Shown here: positions 8,175-17,479 of the stretch, piece by piece
How the letters are laid out: the number at the start of each line of letters is the position of its first letter
Numbering within the stretch: position 1 is the first letter of the stretch
Source of the DNA: Planctomycetota bacterium
GTDB taxonomy: Bacteria > Planctomycetota > UBA1135 > UBA2386
DNA length: 64,000 bases
Reading direction: 5' to 3'
Assembly (NCBI GenBank): GCA_046290465.1
Contig: JBKAGP010000001.1
Span: 1,792,001 to 1,856,000 of the forward strand
The notes under the pieces: model-generated
Databases searched by the model: none
Told to the model about the DNA's origin: nothing
What the model saw: the letters and a program-made list of their open reading frames with translations, nothing else
Position numbers and translations under genes: made by a program

Positions 8175-10235
8175 ATGCGCGACCCGCTCGACGAATACCG
8201 CAAGAAGCGCGACTTCGGCGCGACCCCGGAGCCGGCCCCAGGGCCGACCCCAGAGTCGACCCCAGACTCGACCGCGAGCGAACAGGACGCGCAGCGGCCC
8301 GGCAACGCGTTCGTCGTGCACCGCCACGAGGCGCGCCAGCTGCACTACGACCTGCGACTCGAGCACGACGGCGTGCTCAAGTCGTGGGCGGTGCCGCGCG
8401 GGTTCTCGTACGACCGTTCGGAGAAGCGCCTGGCGGTGCGCACCGAGGACCACCCGATCGAGTACGAGCACTTCTCCGGCCGCATCCCGAAGGGCCAGTA
8501 CGGCGCCGGCACGATGGCGATCTGGGACCGCGGCACCTACGAGCTGGTCAAGATCCCGACGTGGCAGGAGTCGCTCGACAAGGGCGAGCTCAAGGTGGTG
8601 CTGCACGGCCGCCGGCTGCGCGGCGAGTGGCACCTGGTGCGCACGACGCAGGGCAAGAACACCTGGCTGCTGTTCAAGTCGAAGGACCGCTTCGCCGGCC
8701 CCGACCGCGACAGCGTGCTCGGCGTCGACCTCGACGCCGCGGTCGACGACGACGTCCGGCTGCCGCTCGAGCCGATGCGCGTCGGCGGCGAACGCGGCGT
8801 GTTCCGCGACCCGGGCTACCTGTTCGAGATGCAGTTCGACGGCCTGCGCACGTTCGCGCGCAAGGCGGGCGAACAGGTCATGCTGACCGCGCTCGACGAC
8901 GTGCCCGCCGCGATCGCCGACGGCCTGCGCGCGCTGCGTTCGGACACGGCCCTGCTCGACGGCGTGCTGGTGGCGACCGACGCATCGGGCCGGCCGAGCC
9001 GCACGGCGCTCGCTGCCGCGCTGCGCGACGGCGGCGACGGCGTCGCGTTCTACGCGTTCGACCTGCTGCAGTGGGAGGACTACGACCTGCGCGCGCTGCC
9101 GCTCGTCGACCGCAAGGCCGGCCTGCGCGCGATCGTCCCCCAGCGGCCCGGCGTGCTGTTCGTCGACCACGTCACCGGTGACGGCCCGTCGCTGCTGCAG
9201 GTGATCGCCGACACCGGACTGCCGGGGGCGATCGCCAAGCGCGCGACCTCGACCTACACCTCGGGCCCGAGCGACGACTGGCAGGTGGTGCCGACCGGCG
9301 CCGCGGCCGAACCGACGCCCGCACGCAGCGCCCCCGCGCTGCAGCCGTCGCGCTTCAAGCCGACCAACCTCGGCAAGGTCTACTGGCCGGCCGAGGGCTA
9401 CACCAAGGGCGACCTGATCGCCTACTACGCGGCGATCGCCGACGTGTTGCTGCCGCACCTGCAAGACCGGCCGGTGCACTTCAACCGCTTCCCCGACGGC
9501 ATCGACGGCAAGTCCTTCTACCAGCGAGAGGTCAAGGAGGGCACGCCGGACTGGGTCGGCACCGCCGACGTCCCGCACGACGACGAAGTGGTCCCACACC
9601 ACGTCATCACCGACCGGGACACGCTGCTCTACGCCGCCAACCTCGGCAGCATCGACCTGCACCCGTGGCTGTCGCGCGTCGGCACGTTCTACCAACCGGA
9701 CTACGCGGTCATCGACCTCGACCCGAAGGACGCTCCGTGGCAGCACGTCGTGCGGATCGCGCGCGCCGCCGGCAAGCTGCTGCGCGGCATCGGGCTGCGG
9801 CCGCTGCTGAAGACCTCCGGCAAGACCGGCATGCACGTGTTCGTGCCGCTGATCGGCGGCTACACCTACGACCATTCGAAGATGTTCTGCGAGGCGGTCG
9901 CGCGGGTGCTGGTGCGCGAGCTGCCCGACATCGCGACCGTCGAGCGCATGCCGCAGAACCGCGACGGCAAGGTCTACGTCGACTTCCTGCAGAACCGCAA
10001 GAGCCAGACGATCGTGCCGCCCTACTCGGTGCGGCCGGTGCGCGCGGCGAGCGTGTCCGCGCCGCTGCGCTGGGACGAGCTCGAGGACTCGGACCTGGCG
10101 CCGCAGAAGTTCACCATCCACACGATGCCGCCGCGCGTCGAAGAGGTCGGCGACCTGTTCCAGAAGGCGCTGACCGACAAGCAGGACCTGATGCCCGCGA
10201 TCGCGGCGCTCGAGGACGTGCTCAAGAACGGCTGA
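8175..10235 (+). CDS. ligD: LigD-like NHEJ protein: 3'-phosphoesterase, degenerate ligase, primase/polymerase
   Basis: PE motifs HxARxLHYDLRLE, KSWAVP, EDHP, GQYGAG. POL motifs IDLDP, KTSGKTGMHV, VYVDFLQN. Ligase motif I reads EMQFDGLR. Confidence 0.92.
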   Translation: MRDPLDEYRKKRDFGATPEPAPGPTPESTPDSTASEQDAQRPGNAFVVHRHEARQLHYDLRLEHDGVLKSWAVPRGFSYDRSEKRLAVRTEDHPIEYEHFSGRIPKGQYGAGTMAIWDRGTYELVKIPTWQESLDKGELKVVLHGRRLRGEWHLVRTTQGKNTWLLFKSKDRFAGPDRDSVLGVDLDAAVDDDVRLPLEPMRVGGERGVFRDPGYLFEMQFDGLRTFARKAGEQVMLTALDDVPAAIADGLRALRSDTALLDGVLVATDASGRPSRTALAAALRDGGDGVAFYAFDLLQWEDYDLRALPLVDRKAGLRAIVPQRPGVLFVDHVTGDGPSLLQVIADTGLPGAIAKRATSTYTSGPSDDWQVVPTGAAAEPTPARSAPALQPSRFKPTNLGKVYWPAEGYTKGDLIAYYAAIADVLLPHLQDRPVHFNRFPDGIDGKSFYQREVKEGTPDWVGTADVPHDDEVVPHHVITDRDTLLYAANLGSIDLHPWLSRVGTFYQPDYAVIDLDPKDAPWQHVVRIARAAGKLLRGIGLRPLLKTSGKTGMHVFVPLIGGYTYDHSKMFCEAVARVLVRELPDIATVERMPQNRDGKVYVDFLQNRKSQTIVPPYSVRPVRAASVSAPLRWDELEDSDLAPQKFTIHTMPPRVEEVGDLFQKALTDKQDLMPAIAALEDVLKNG

Positions 10236-10331
10236 CCGCCTCTCCGGCCGGCGCGCACAATCGTGGCGGCATGCGCCCCTCCCGCCCGGTCGCGCCTTGC
10301 CGCGCGCGGCGCGCGCGTCGACCATGTCGCC

Positions 10332-12221
10332 ATGCGTCTCGCTGCCACGATCGCGATCGCCCTGTGCGCATCGTCCGTCCCCTGCCAGTCCCCGACCGAC
10401 GGCCTCGTGCTGGTCGAAGCCGAGTCGTTCGCCGACACCGGCGGCTGGGTCGTCGACCAGCAGTTCATGGACTTCATGGGCTCGCCGATGCTGCTCGCCC
10501 ACGGACTCGGCGAACCGGTGCAGAACGCGACCACCGAGGTGGCATTCGAGCAGCCCGGCAGCTACCGCGTCTGGGTACGCACGCGTGACTGGGTCGCGCC
10601 GTGGAACGCGCCGGGCGCGCCCGGGCGCTTCGAGCTGCAGATCGACGGTCGCTCGCTGAAGACGACATTCGGCACCGAGGGTGCCGACTGGCACTGGCAG
10701 GACGGCGGCGAGGTGCGCGTCGGCGCGAACGCGAAGCTGACGCTGCACGACCTGACCGGGTTCGAGGGGCGCTGCGATGCGATCCTGTTCGCGCGCGACC
10801 GTTCGTTCCAGCCGCCGGACGGCGGCGACGATCTGGCGAAGCTGCGCGGCAGGCTGCTCGGCTGGGACGCCGCGCCCGCCGACGGCGGCGCGTTCGACCT
10901 GGTGGTCATCGGCGGCGGCATCGCCGGCACCTCGGCCGCGATCACCGCGGCGCGGCTCGGCTGCACGGTGGCGCTGATCCAGGACCGGCCGGTGCTCGGC
11001 GGCAACGGCAGCAGCGAGGTCCGCGTCTGGCCGGAGGGCCATACCAACCACGAACCGTACCCGCGGGTCGGCGACGTCGTGCGCGAACTGGTGCGCAAGA
11101 AGGGGCGCGGCGACGGCAACGCGCGCAACGCCGACATCTACGAGGACCGGCGCAAGCTCGAGCTGGCGCGCGCCGAACCCAACCTGACGCTGCTGCTGGA
11201 GCACCGCGCCAACGCCGCCGAACACGACGGCGGCCACGTCGTGTCGGTGCGCGCGCAGCACACCCGCAGCGGCCGGCGCCGGACCATCCGCGGCCGCTGG
11301 TTCGTCGACTGCAGTGGCGACGGCGTGATCGGCGCGCTGGTCGGCGCCGACTTCGAGATGACGATGCAGGGCCACATGGGCGTCAGCAACCTGTGGAACG
11401 TCGGCGCCGTCGAGAAGAACGAGTACCAGCTGCGCTGCGAGTGCGAGGACCCGGACGACCCGCTGTCGATCCACTTCGTCGCGTCGGACCAGCCGGCGCC
11501 GTTCCCGCGGTGCCCGTGGGCCGTCGACCTCAGCGACAAGCCGTTCCCCGGCCGCAAGGCCGAGAAGGACGGCAAGCGCGGCATGGCCAACCTGTCGTCG
11601 CTCGGCGGCTGGTTTTGGGAGACCGGCTTCGACAAGCACCCGATCACCGATCTGGAGCGCATGCGCGACCAGAACCTGCGGGCGATGTACGGCGCGTGGG
11701 ACGCGCTCAAGAACGTCGATGGGCAGTACCCGAACCAGCGCCTGAAGTGGGCCGCGTTCATCGCCGGCAAGCGCGAGTCGCGCCGCCTGCTCGGCGACGT
11801 GGTCGTGACCGGCGAGGACTTCCGCGACCTCAAGCCCTACCCGGACGCGGCGTTCCCGTGCACGTGGCACATCGACCTGCACTTTCCGAAGAAGGCGTTC
11901 CAGCAAGGCCACGAGGGCGACGAGTTCATCTCCGACTACACGCGCGGCAACGGCTACCGGTACAAGGGCCCCTACTGGGCTCCCTACCGCGCCCTCTACA
12001 GCCGCAACATCGACAACCTGTTCATGGCCGGCCGCGACATCAGCGTCACGCACGAGGCGCTCGGCGCCGTTCGCGTGATGCAGACCTGCGGCATGATGGG
12101 CGAGGTCGTCGGCATGGCTGCGTCGCTGTGCAAGCAGCACGACTGCCAGCCGCGCGACGTCTACGAACGGCACCTCGACGAGCTGAAGGCGCTGCTGCAG
12201 CGAGGCGCGGGCAAGCGGTAA
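10332..12221 (+). CDS. Secreted FAD-dependent oxidoreductase with N-terminal carbohydrate-binding-like module
   Basis: Signal peptide; VIGGGIAG, QDRPVLGGNGSSE, FVDCSGDG, KRESRR and PYRALYSRNIDNLFMAGRDIS motifs. Confidence 0.8.
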   Translation: MRLAATIAIALCASSVPCQSPTDGLVLVEAESFADTGGWVVDQQFMDFMGSPMLLAHGLGEPVQNATTEVAFEQPGSYRVWVRTRDWVAPWNAPGAPGRFELQIDGRSLKTTFGTEGADWHWQDGGEVRVGANAKLTLHDLTGFEGRCDAILFARDRSFQPPDGGDDLAKLRGRLLGWDAAPADGGAFDLVVIGGGIAGTSAAITAARLGCTVALIQDRPVLGGNGSSEVRVWPEGHTNHEPYPRVGDVVRELVRKKGRGDGNARNADIYEDRRKLELARAEPNLTLLLEHRANAAEHDGGHVVSVRAQHTRSGRRRTIRGRWFVDCSGDGVIGALVGADFEMTMQGHMGVSNLWNVGAVEKNEYQLRCECEDPDDPLSIHFVASDQPAPFPRCPWAVDLSDKPFPGRKAEKDGKRGMANLSSLGGWFWETGFDKHPITDLERMRDQNLRAMYGAWDALKNVDGQYPNQRLKWAAFIAGKRESRRLLGDVVVTGEDFRDLKPYPDAAFPCTWHIDLHFPKKAFQQGHEGDEFISDYTRGNGYRYKGPYWAPYRALYSRNIDNLFMAGRDISVTHEALGAVRVMQTCGMMGEVVGMAASLCKQHDCQPRDVYERHLDELKALLQRGAGKR

Positions 12222-12245
12222 CGGGCCGGCGACGCGGCCCGCACG

Positions 12246-13109
12246 TCAGCCCCGCGGGTTCTGCAGGCGACGGCGGACCTGTTCGGCCCAGCGCGAGTTG
12301 GGGTCGAACGTCAGGTAGGCGCGCCAGTGCTCGCGGGCACGGTCGAGATCGCCGACCGCAGCCAGCGCCTCGGCCAGGTTGTAGTGCGCGTCGGCGTAGT
12401 GCGGCACCAGCTCGAGCGCCTTCTCGAGCGCCTCGACGGCCCCGTGGCGATCGCCGACCTCGCCGCGCACGATGCCGAGGTTGTTCCAGGCCTCGGCGTA
12501 GTCCGGCGCCCGCGCGATCGCCGCGGCGAACTGGTCGACCGCGTCCTTGCGGCGCTTGCGTTCGTAGTAGCAGTTGCCGAGGTTGAAGTGGGTCTCGGCG
12601 CTGCGCCCGGGCAGCGCGTGCTCGTAGGCGCGCACCGCGTCGTCGAGGCGGCCGGCGGCTTCGGCATCGACGCCGATCGCGAACCAGTCCTGCGGGCTGC
12701 GCAGCTGCGGCAGAGCGACCTCGCCGTCGGCCTCGGCGGCGACCGCCGCGAAGTCGAACAGCAGCTGGCCGGTCGGCTCCAGCAGGCGGCCATCGGGCGC
12801 CCGCACGGTGACCTTGCGGGTGCCGATGCTGGCCAACAGCCCGGTCAACGCCGCCTCGGGGTCGGGCACGACGGTCTTCGCCAACTCCCAGCGGCTCTTG
12901 ATGCGCGGCGCCGTCCAGCCGGCGCGCCACAGCTCGGCGAGCGTGCGCACGGTGCCGACGGCGCGGAACGCGAAGCGCCGCGCCGAGCCGCGCATCGGCG
13001 CGAGCAGGCCATGTTCGATCCAGCGCTTGAGTACGGTGGCCGGCAGGCCGCAGAGCTCGGCGAGCTCCTCGACGGTGAACGTGCGCTCCTCGCCGCCGTC
13101 GGACCTCAC
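12246..13109 (-). CDS. MerR-like HTH plus TPR repeat protein
   Basis: N-terminal FTVEELAELCGLPATVLKRWIEHGLL; C-terminal TPRs (HFNLGNCY, AWNNLG, AHYNLA). GTG start overlaps the ligase stop. Confidence 0.82.
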   Translation of the reverse strand: MRSDGGEERTFTVEELAELCGLPATVLKRWIEHGLLAPMRGSARRFAFRAVGTVRTLAELWRAGWTAPRIKSRWELAKTVVPDPEAALTGLLASIGTRKVTVRAPDGRLLEPTGQLLFDFAAVAAEADGEVALPQLRSPQDWFAIGVDAEAAGRLDDAVRAYEHALPGRSAETHFNLGNCYYERKRRKDAVDQFAAAIARAPDYAEAWNNLGIVRGEVGDRHGAVEALEKALELVPHYADAHYNLAEALAAVGDLDRAREHWRAYLTFDPNSRWAEQVRRRLQNPRG

Positions 13110-14023
13110 GCCGCCCCCTCCGCAACCAGCCCCTTGAACACCGGCGCGCGCAGGTTGCCGCTGGCGGTGCGCTCGAGGTAGCTGACGGTGCAGTAGATGC
13201 CGGGCTGCACCCACTCGCCGGGGATGCCGGCGTCGATCAGCGGTGCCGCCGCCGGCCGACTGGACAGCAGTTCGCGCAGCTGCGCGCGCGCCGCCTCGCC
13301 GATGCCCGAACCGACCTTGCCGACACAGACCAGTTCGCCGTCGAAGTCGGTCGCGACGATCAGCGACTTGAAGTCGCCGCGGCGCTCGGCGTCCGGCTCG
13401 TAGCCGATGACCAGGCAGTGCACCGACTTGACCGGTTTGATCTTCTGCCACGCGTCGCCGCGTTCGCCAGGCAGGTAGGGCGCATCGAGGCGCTTGGCGA
13501 CGATGCCCTCGAGTTCCTGGGTGCGCGCCGCTTCGAACAGCGACAGCCCCTGGCCGACGACCCCGTCCGAGAGCATCAGCCGCGGCTGCCCGGCCGCCGC
13601 GACCACCGCCTGCAGGCGTTCCCGACGGGTGCGCAGCGGCAGCGCGAGCAGCGACGCACCGGCCTCGAACAGCAGGTCGAAGACGACGTAGACGACCGGG
13701 TGCCGCGCCATCGCCGACGCCACCCGCGCCGGCGACGCGTTCTCGCGCGACAGGATCGCGCGGAAGTCGGGCCGACCGTCCTCGCGCAGCACGACCAATT
13801 CGCCGTCGAGCACCGTGCCGTCGGCAAGCTCCGCGAGGAACGCCAGCTCCGGGTAGCGCGTCGCCAGGTCGCGCCGGCGCCTGCCGTGCATGCGCAGGCC
13901 GGCCTCGTCGACGTAGCTGACCGCACGCACACCGTCCCACTTGAGCTCGAACAGGTGCTCGTCCGAGTCGAACGGCTCGCCGATGCGCGCCAGCATCGGC
14001 TCGATGTGTTCGGGCAGCGCCAC
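13106..14023 (-). CDS. Stand-alone ATP-dependent DNA ligase (LigD ligase-domain/LigC-like)
   Basis: Intact motifs ELKWDGVR, LDGELV, VFDLL, EGIVAK and WQKIK, plus OB domain VGKVGSG..LRAPVF. Confidence 0.92.
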   Translation of the reverse strand: MALPEHIEPMLARIGEPFDSDEHLFELKWDGVRAVSYVDEAGLRMHGRRRRDLATRYPELAFLAELADGTVLDGELVVLREDGRPDFRAILSRENASPARVASAMARHPVVYVVFDLLFEAGASLLALPLRTRRERLQAVVAAAGQPRLMLSDGVVGQGLSLFEAARTQELEGIVAKRLDAPYLPGERGDAWQKIKPVKSVHCLVIGYEPDAERRGDFKSLIVATDFDGELVCVGKVGSGIGEAARAQLRELLSSRPAAAPLIDAGIPGEWVQPGIYCTVSYLERTASGNLRAPVFKGLVAEGAA

Positions 14024-14035
14024 GGCGAGGTCGCG

Positions 14036-14971
14036 CTACTCGCCCTCGGCCTTGCGCGAACGCTTCTTCTTGCCGCTGCTCGGAGCCAGCTTCTTGTCGG
14101 CGGCCCCATCGGCCGGATCCCCATCGGCCGGATCCACATCGGACGCATCCCCATCGGCCCCGTCGTCGCCCGACGCCTGCTTGGCCTGCGCCTCGGCGAC
14201 GCTCTTCTTGAGCGCATCCATCAGGTTGAGGATCTTCGGCTCCTCGTGGTCGGGCGCCTGCACGACCTCCTGGCCGTCGACCTTCAGCTCGATCAGCTTC
14301 TTCAGCTTGCGCACGTACTGGTCGCTGTAGCTATCGAGGTCGAACTCGTCGAGCTTCGACGCGGTGATCAGCGTCTCGGTCAGCGCGACCTCTTCCGGCT
14401 TGAACTCGATCTCCTCGATCTCGTTCTGGTAGTCGTCGATCTTGCGCACCCGCTGCGGGTAGTGCAGGCCGAACATCACCAGCATGCGATCGATCGCGCG
14501 CACCACCACCAGTTGCTCGCGGCCCGACATCACCACCTGCGCAATCGCGCAGACGCCGTTCTTCTGCATGCCTTCGCGCAGCAGCGCGTACGGGCGTTCG
14601 CCGGCGATGCCGTCCGGCATCAGGTAGTGCGCCTTGCCGGCGTAGTAGCGATTGTCGATCGTGTCCTCGGGCACGAAGCCGTCGATGCCGACGGCGCGGT
14701 CCGACTTGGTGCGCAGCTTGTCGAGGTCGTCGGGCTCGACGACCACGTACTGGTCCTTCTGGTGCTCGTAGCCGCTGACGATCGAGTCGCTCTTCAGCTC
14801 GCCGTGCTCGGGACAGATCTTCTGGTACTTGACGCGCGAGTGGCAGTCCTTGTGCAGCTGGTTCAGCCGCACTTCGCTGCTGGTGTCGTTGACGGTGAAG
14901 GCCTTCACCGGAACGGACACGAGGCTCAGCTTGAGGAAACCCTTCCAGGACGTGCGGGACGGGACAGCCAT
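14036..14971 (-). CDS. ku: Ku DNA end-binding protein
   Basis: SWKGFLKLSLVSVPVK, LNQLH, GYE, PYALLREGM and NLMDALKKSV motifs; basic C-terminal tail. Confidence 0.95.
   Translation of the reverse strand: MAVPSRTSWKGFLKLSLVSVPVKAFTVNDTSSEVRLNQLHKDCHSRVKYQKICPEHGELKSDSIVSGYEHQKDQYVVVEPDDLDKLRTKSDRAVGIDGFVPEDTIDNRYYAGKAHYLMPDGIAGERPYALLREGMQKNGVCAIAQVVMSGREQLVVVRAIDRMLVMFGLHYPQRVRKIDDYQNEIEEIEFKPEEVALTETLITASKLDEFDLDSYSDQYVRKLKKLIELKVDGQEVVQAPDHEEPKILNLMDALKKSVAEAQAKQASGDDGADGDASDVDPADGDPADGAADKKLAPSSGKKKRSRKAEGE
14104..14160. repeat. 15-bp tandem repeat (about 4 units) in the Ku C-terminal tail
   Basis: CCCCATCGGCCGGAT x2 plus two degenerate units, encoding DPADG-type repeats. Confidence 0.85.
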
Positions 14972-15038
14972 AGGGCGCAGGTATCGAGGAGCCGCGGGGA
15001 AGCGCGCAGGATACCAGCGGCGGCCGGAGCCTGCCCGC

Positions 15039-15743
15039 TCAAAGGTCGAGGAAACGGGCAGCCAGCTTCGGCCCCGCGCAGCTGTCCTCGTGCTTGAAGA
15101 ACACGAACGCGTCGCGAACGCCGGTGGCAACGATGCGATCGCGCCACGCCCGTAGTTCGTCGTCACCGTATGCCGAGCGACGCAGCCGCAGGTAGACCCA
15201 CGGCGGGCCGGCCGCGAACTCGGGGGCGTCGGCGTCGTCCTTGTCCGACGCCACCACCGTCGCGTTGCGCGCGTGCAGCAGCTCGAACACCTCGGGCACG
15301 TGCCAGCTCTCGTGCACGAACTCGAAGGCGGTGCGCACGCCGTCGGGCTGCTCGGCGAGGAACGCCTTCAGCACGTCGAGGTCGCAGCGCACGTACTTGG
15401 GCAGCTGGTAGAAGACGCAGCCGAGCTTGTCGCCGAGCGGCTGCAGCTGTTCGAACAGGTAGGCGCAGAGTTCGCCGCAGTCGACCAGCTTCTGGTTCCA
15501 GCTGATGCGGCGCGAGGCCTTGATCGCGAAGCGGAAGTCGTCGGGCACCTGCGCGTTCCAGGACTGCACCATCTTCTCGCTGGGCATGCGATAGAACGTG
15601 TTGTTCAGCTCGCACGACTTCAGCCGCTCGGCATAGAAGGACAGCATGTCGGCCTTCTTGAGGTCGTCCGGATAGAAGTCGGGCCGCCACTCGTCGTAGC
15701 TGAAGCCGCTGGTGCCGACGTGGATCGCGGGCTCGTTCGCCAT
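15039..15743 (-). CDS. DUF72 family protein
   Basis: VGTSGFSY..W..FYP, ELNNTFYR, FRFAIKA, YQLP, EF.H.SW and YLRLR motifs. Confidence 0.9.
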   Translation of the reverse strand: MANEPAIHVGTSGFSYDEWRPDFYPDDLKKADMLSFYAERLKSCELNNTFYRMPSEKMVQSWNAQVPDDFRFAIKASRRISWNQKLVDCGELCAYLFEQLQPLGDKLGCVFYQLPKYVRCDLDVLKAFLAEQPDGVRTAFEFVHESWHVPEVFELLHARNATVVASDKDDADAPEFAAGPPWVYLRLRRSAYGDDELRAWRDRIVATGVRDAFVFFKHEDSCAGPKLAARFLDL

Positions 15744-15814
15744 CCGGGGAGCTTACGGCAGCGACCCGCGGTTTCCGGCCCCGACTGTGAGGTGGCCGTC
15801 GCTATCGTGGCGCG

Positions 15815-16606
15815 ATGCGCCAAACCCTCAGGCCCGTCCCCGTCCTCGGAATGCTGCTGCCCTGTGTGCTGCTGCTGCTCGCCTCCTGCTCGGTTCCCGA
15901 TCACGACCGCGCCGATCATGAGCCGGTCGGGCACGACATCGCGATCGTGCCGACCGGCACGACCGTGCTGTTCCAGGGCGACTCGATCACCGACGCGGGC
16001 CGGGAGCGCAAGCCGCAGCACGCCGACACCGCCAACGGCGCGCGCGGCCTCGGCCGCGGCTACGCCTCGCTGGCCGCCGGCGGCCTGATGGTGCAGATGG
16101 CGCCGCACGACGTGCGCTGCTTCAACCGCGGCGTCAGCGGCAACAAGGTCTTCCAGCTGGCCGAGCGCTGGCAACGCGACTGCCTCGACCTGCAGCCCGA
16201 CGTGCTGAGCATCCTGATCGGCGTCAACGACATCTGGCACACGCGTGACGGCAAGTACGACGGCACCGCCGCGGTCTACGAACGCGACTACGACGCGCTG
16301 CTGCAGCGAACCCGCGACGCGCTGCCCGACGTCACCCTGATCGTCTGCGAACCGTTCGTGCTGCCGTGCGGTGCGGTCGACGCATCGTGGTTCCCCGAGT
16401 TCGACGAGTACCGCGCCGCCGCCCGCCGCGTCGCCGACAAGCACGGCGCGACGTTCGTGCCGTTCCACTCGATGTTCGAAGCGGCGATGCAGCACCACCC
16501 GGCCGAGCATTGGGCCAAGGACGGCGTGCATCCGACGCGCGCGGGCGCGGCGCTGATGGCCAAGGCCTGGCTGCGCACGCTGCACGGCGACCGCGAGCAC
16601 GAATAG
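15815..16606 (+). CDS. SGNH/GDSL hydrolase, probable lipoprotein (start may be 15851)
   Basis: FQGDSITD, NRGVSGN, LIGVND and DGVHP motifs; LLASC lipobox. Confidence 0.88.
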   Translation: MRQTLRPVPVLGMLLPCVLLLLASCSVPDHDRADHEPVGHDIAIVPTGTTVLFQGDSITDAGRERKPQHADTANGARGLGRGYASLAAGGLMVQMAPHDVRCFNRGVSGNKVFQLAERWQRDCLDLQPDVLSILIGVNDIWHTRDGKYDGTAAVYERDYDALLQRTRDALPDVTLIVCEPFVLPCGAVDASWFPEFDEYRAAARRVADKHGATFVPFHSMFEAAMQHHPAEHWAKDGVHPTRAGAALMAKAWLRTLHGDREHE

Positions 16607-16919
16607 CCCGCCGCCGAATCCGCCGATTGCACGCCGATTGGGCTATTTGCGGATTTCGGCGTGTTTTGTTTTGGGGCGCGCGCACGACAGGATGCGCGCG
16701 CGACCGGCCACTCTTGCCGGCGCGAAGAAGGAGCCGGCTGGCGCCGTCCCTGCCCGCGCACGCATTCGAATATCGGCTCGAAGATCAGGCGCCGTCTATA
16801 GGACGCGCAGACCTGCAGCGGCACACTACCGACCGCCAGAGCCGAATAGCGCGCTGCCAGATCGTATGCGCGTGCGGCCCCCTCAACCGTCCCGTCGTCG
16901 CAGGGACACCCGCCCAGCA

Positions 16920-17471
16920 ATGGAAACCGTCTACTTCTACTGTGCCGCCATCGGCGGCGGTCTGCTGCTGCTGCTCGTCCTGATGATGCTGCTGTCCGGC
17001 GGCGACGCGGAGTTCGAAGCAGACGCGTCGCCCGACCTCGACGGCGACGCACCTGATGCGTCGAGCACGCTGTTCCAGATCTCGCTGAAGACCGTCGTGG
17101 CGTTCGTCACGTTCTTCGGCATCGCCGGTATGGCGAGCTCGCGAGCCGACCTCGCGTCGACGCCGACGCTGGTCATCGCGCTCACCGCCGGCTTCGCTGC
17201 GTTCCTGATGGTCGGCTACGTCATGCAGGTTCTGCACGGTCTGCAGTCCAAGGGCAACGTCGACCTCAAGCAGGCGATCGGCCACACGGCCAAGGTCGAG
17301 CTTCGCATCCCCGCCACGCAGGCCGGCACCGGCAAGGTGCAGGTCATCGTCGGCGGCCGCATGGTCTCGCGCAAAGCCGTCACGCACGGCGAGGCCATCC
17401 CCACCGGCGCCGAGGTCCGCATCGACGCGATGCACGCGCCGGACACGTACCAGGTCACCCCCCTCAACTAA
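16920..17471 (+). CDS. NfeD-like membrane protein
   Basis: Three TM segments and a C-terminal OB-like region (IGHTAKVELRIP..GKVQV); directly upstream of an SPFH gene. Confidence 0.8.
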   Translation: METVYFYCAAIGGGLLLLLVLMMLLSGGDAEFEADASPDLDGDAPDASSTLFQISLKTVVAFVTFFGIAGMASSRADLASTPTLVIALTAGFAAFLMVGYVMQVLHGLQSKGNVDLKQAIGHTAKVELRIPATQAGTGKVQVIVGGRMVSRKAVTHGEAIPTGAEVRIDAMHAPDTYQVTPLN

Positions 17472-17479
17472 GGAGAGAA

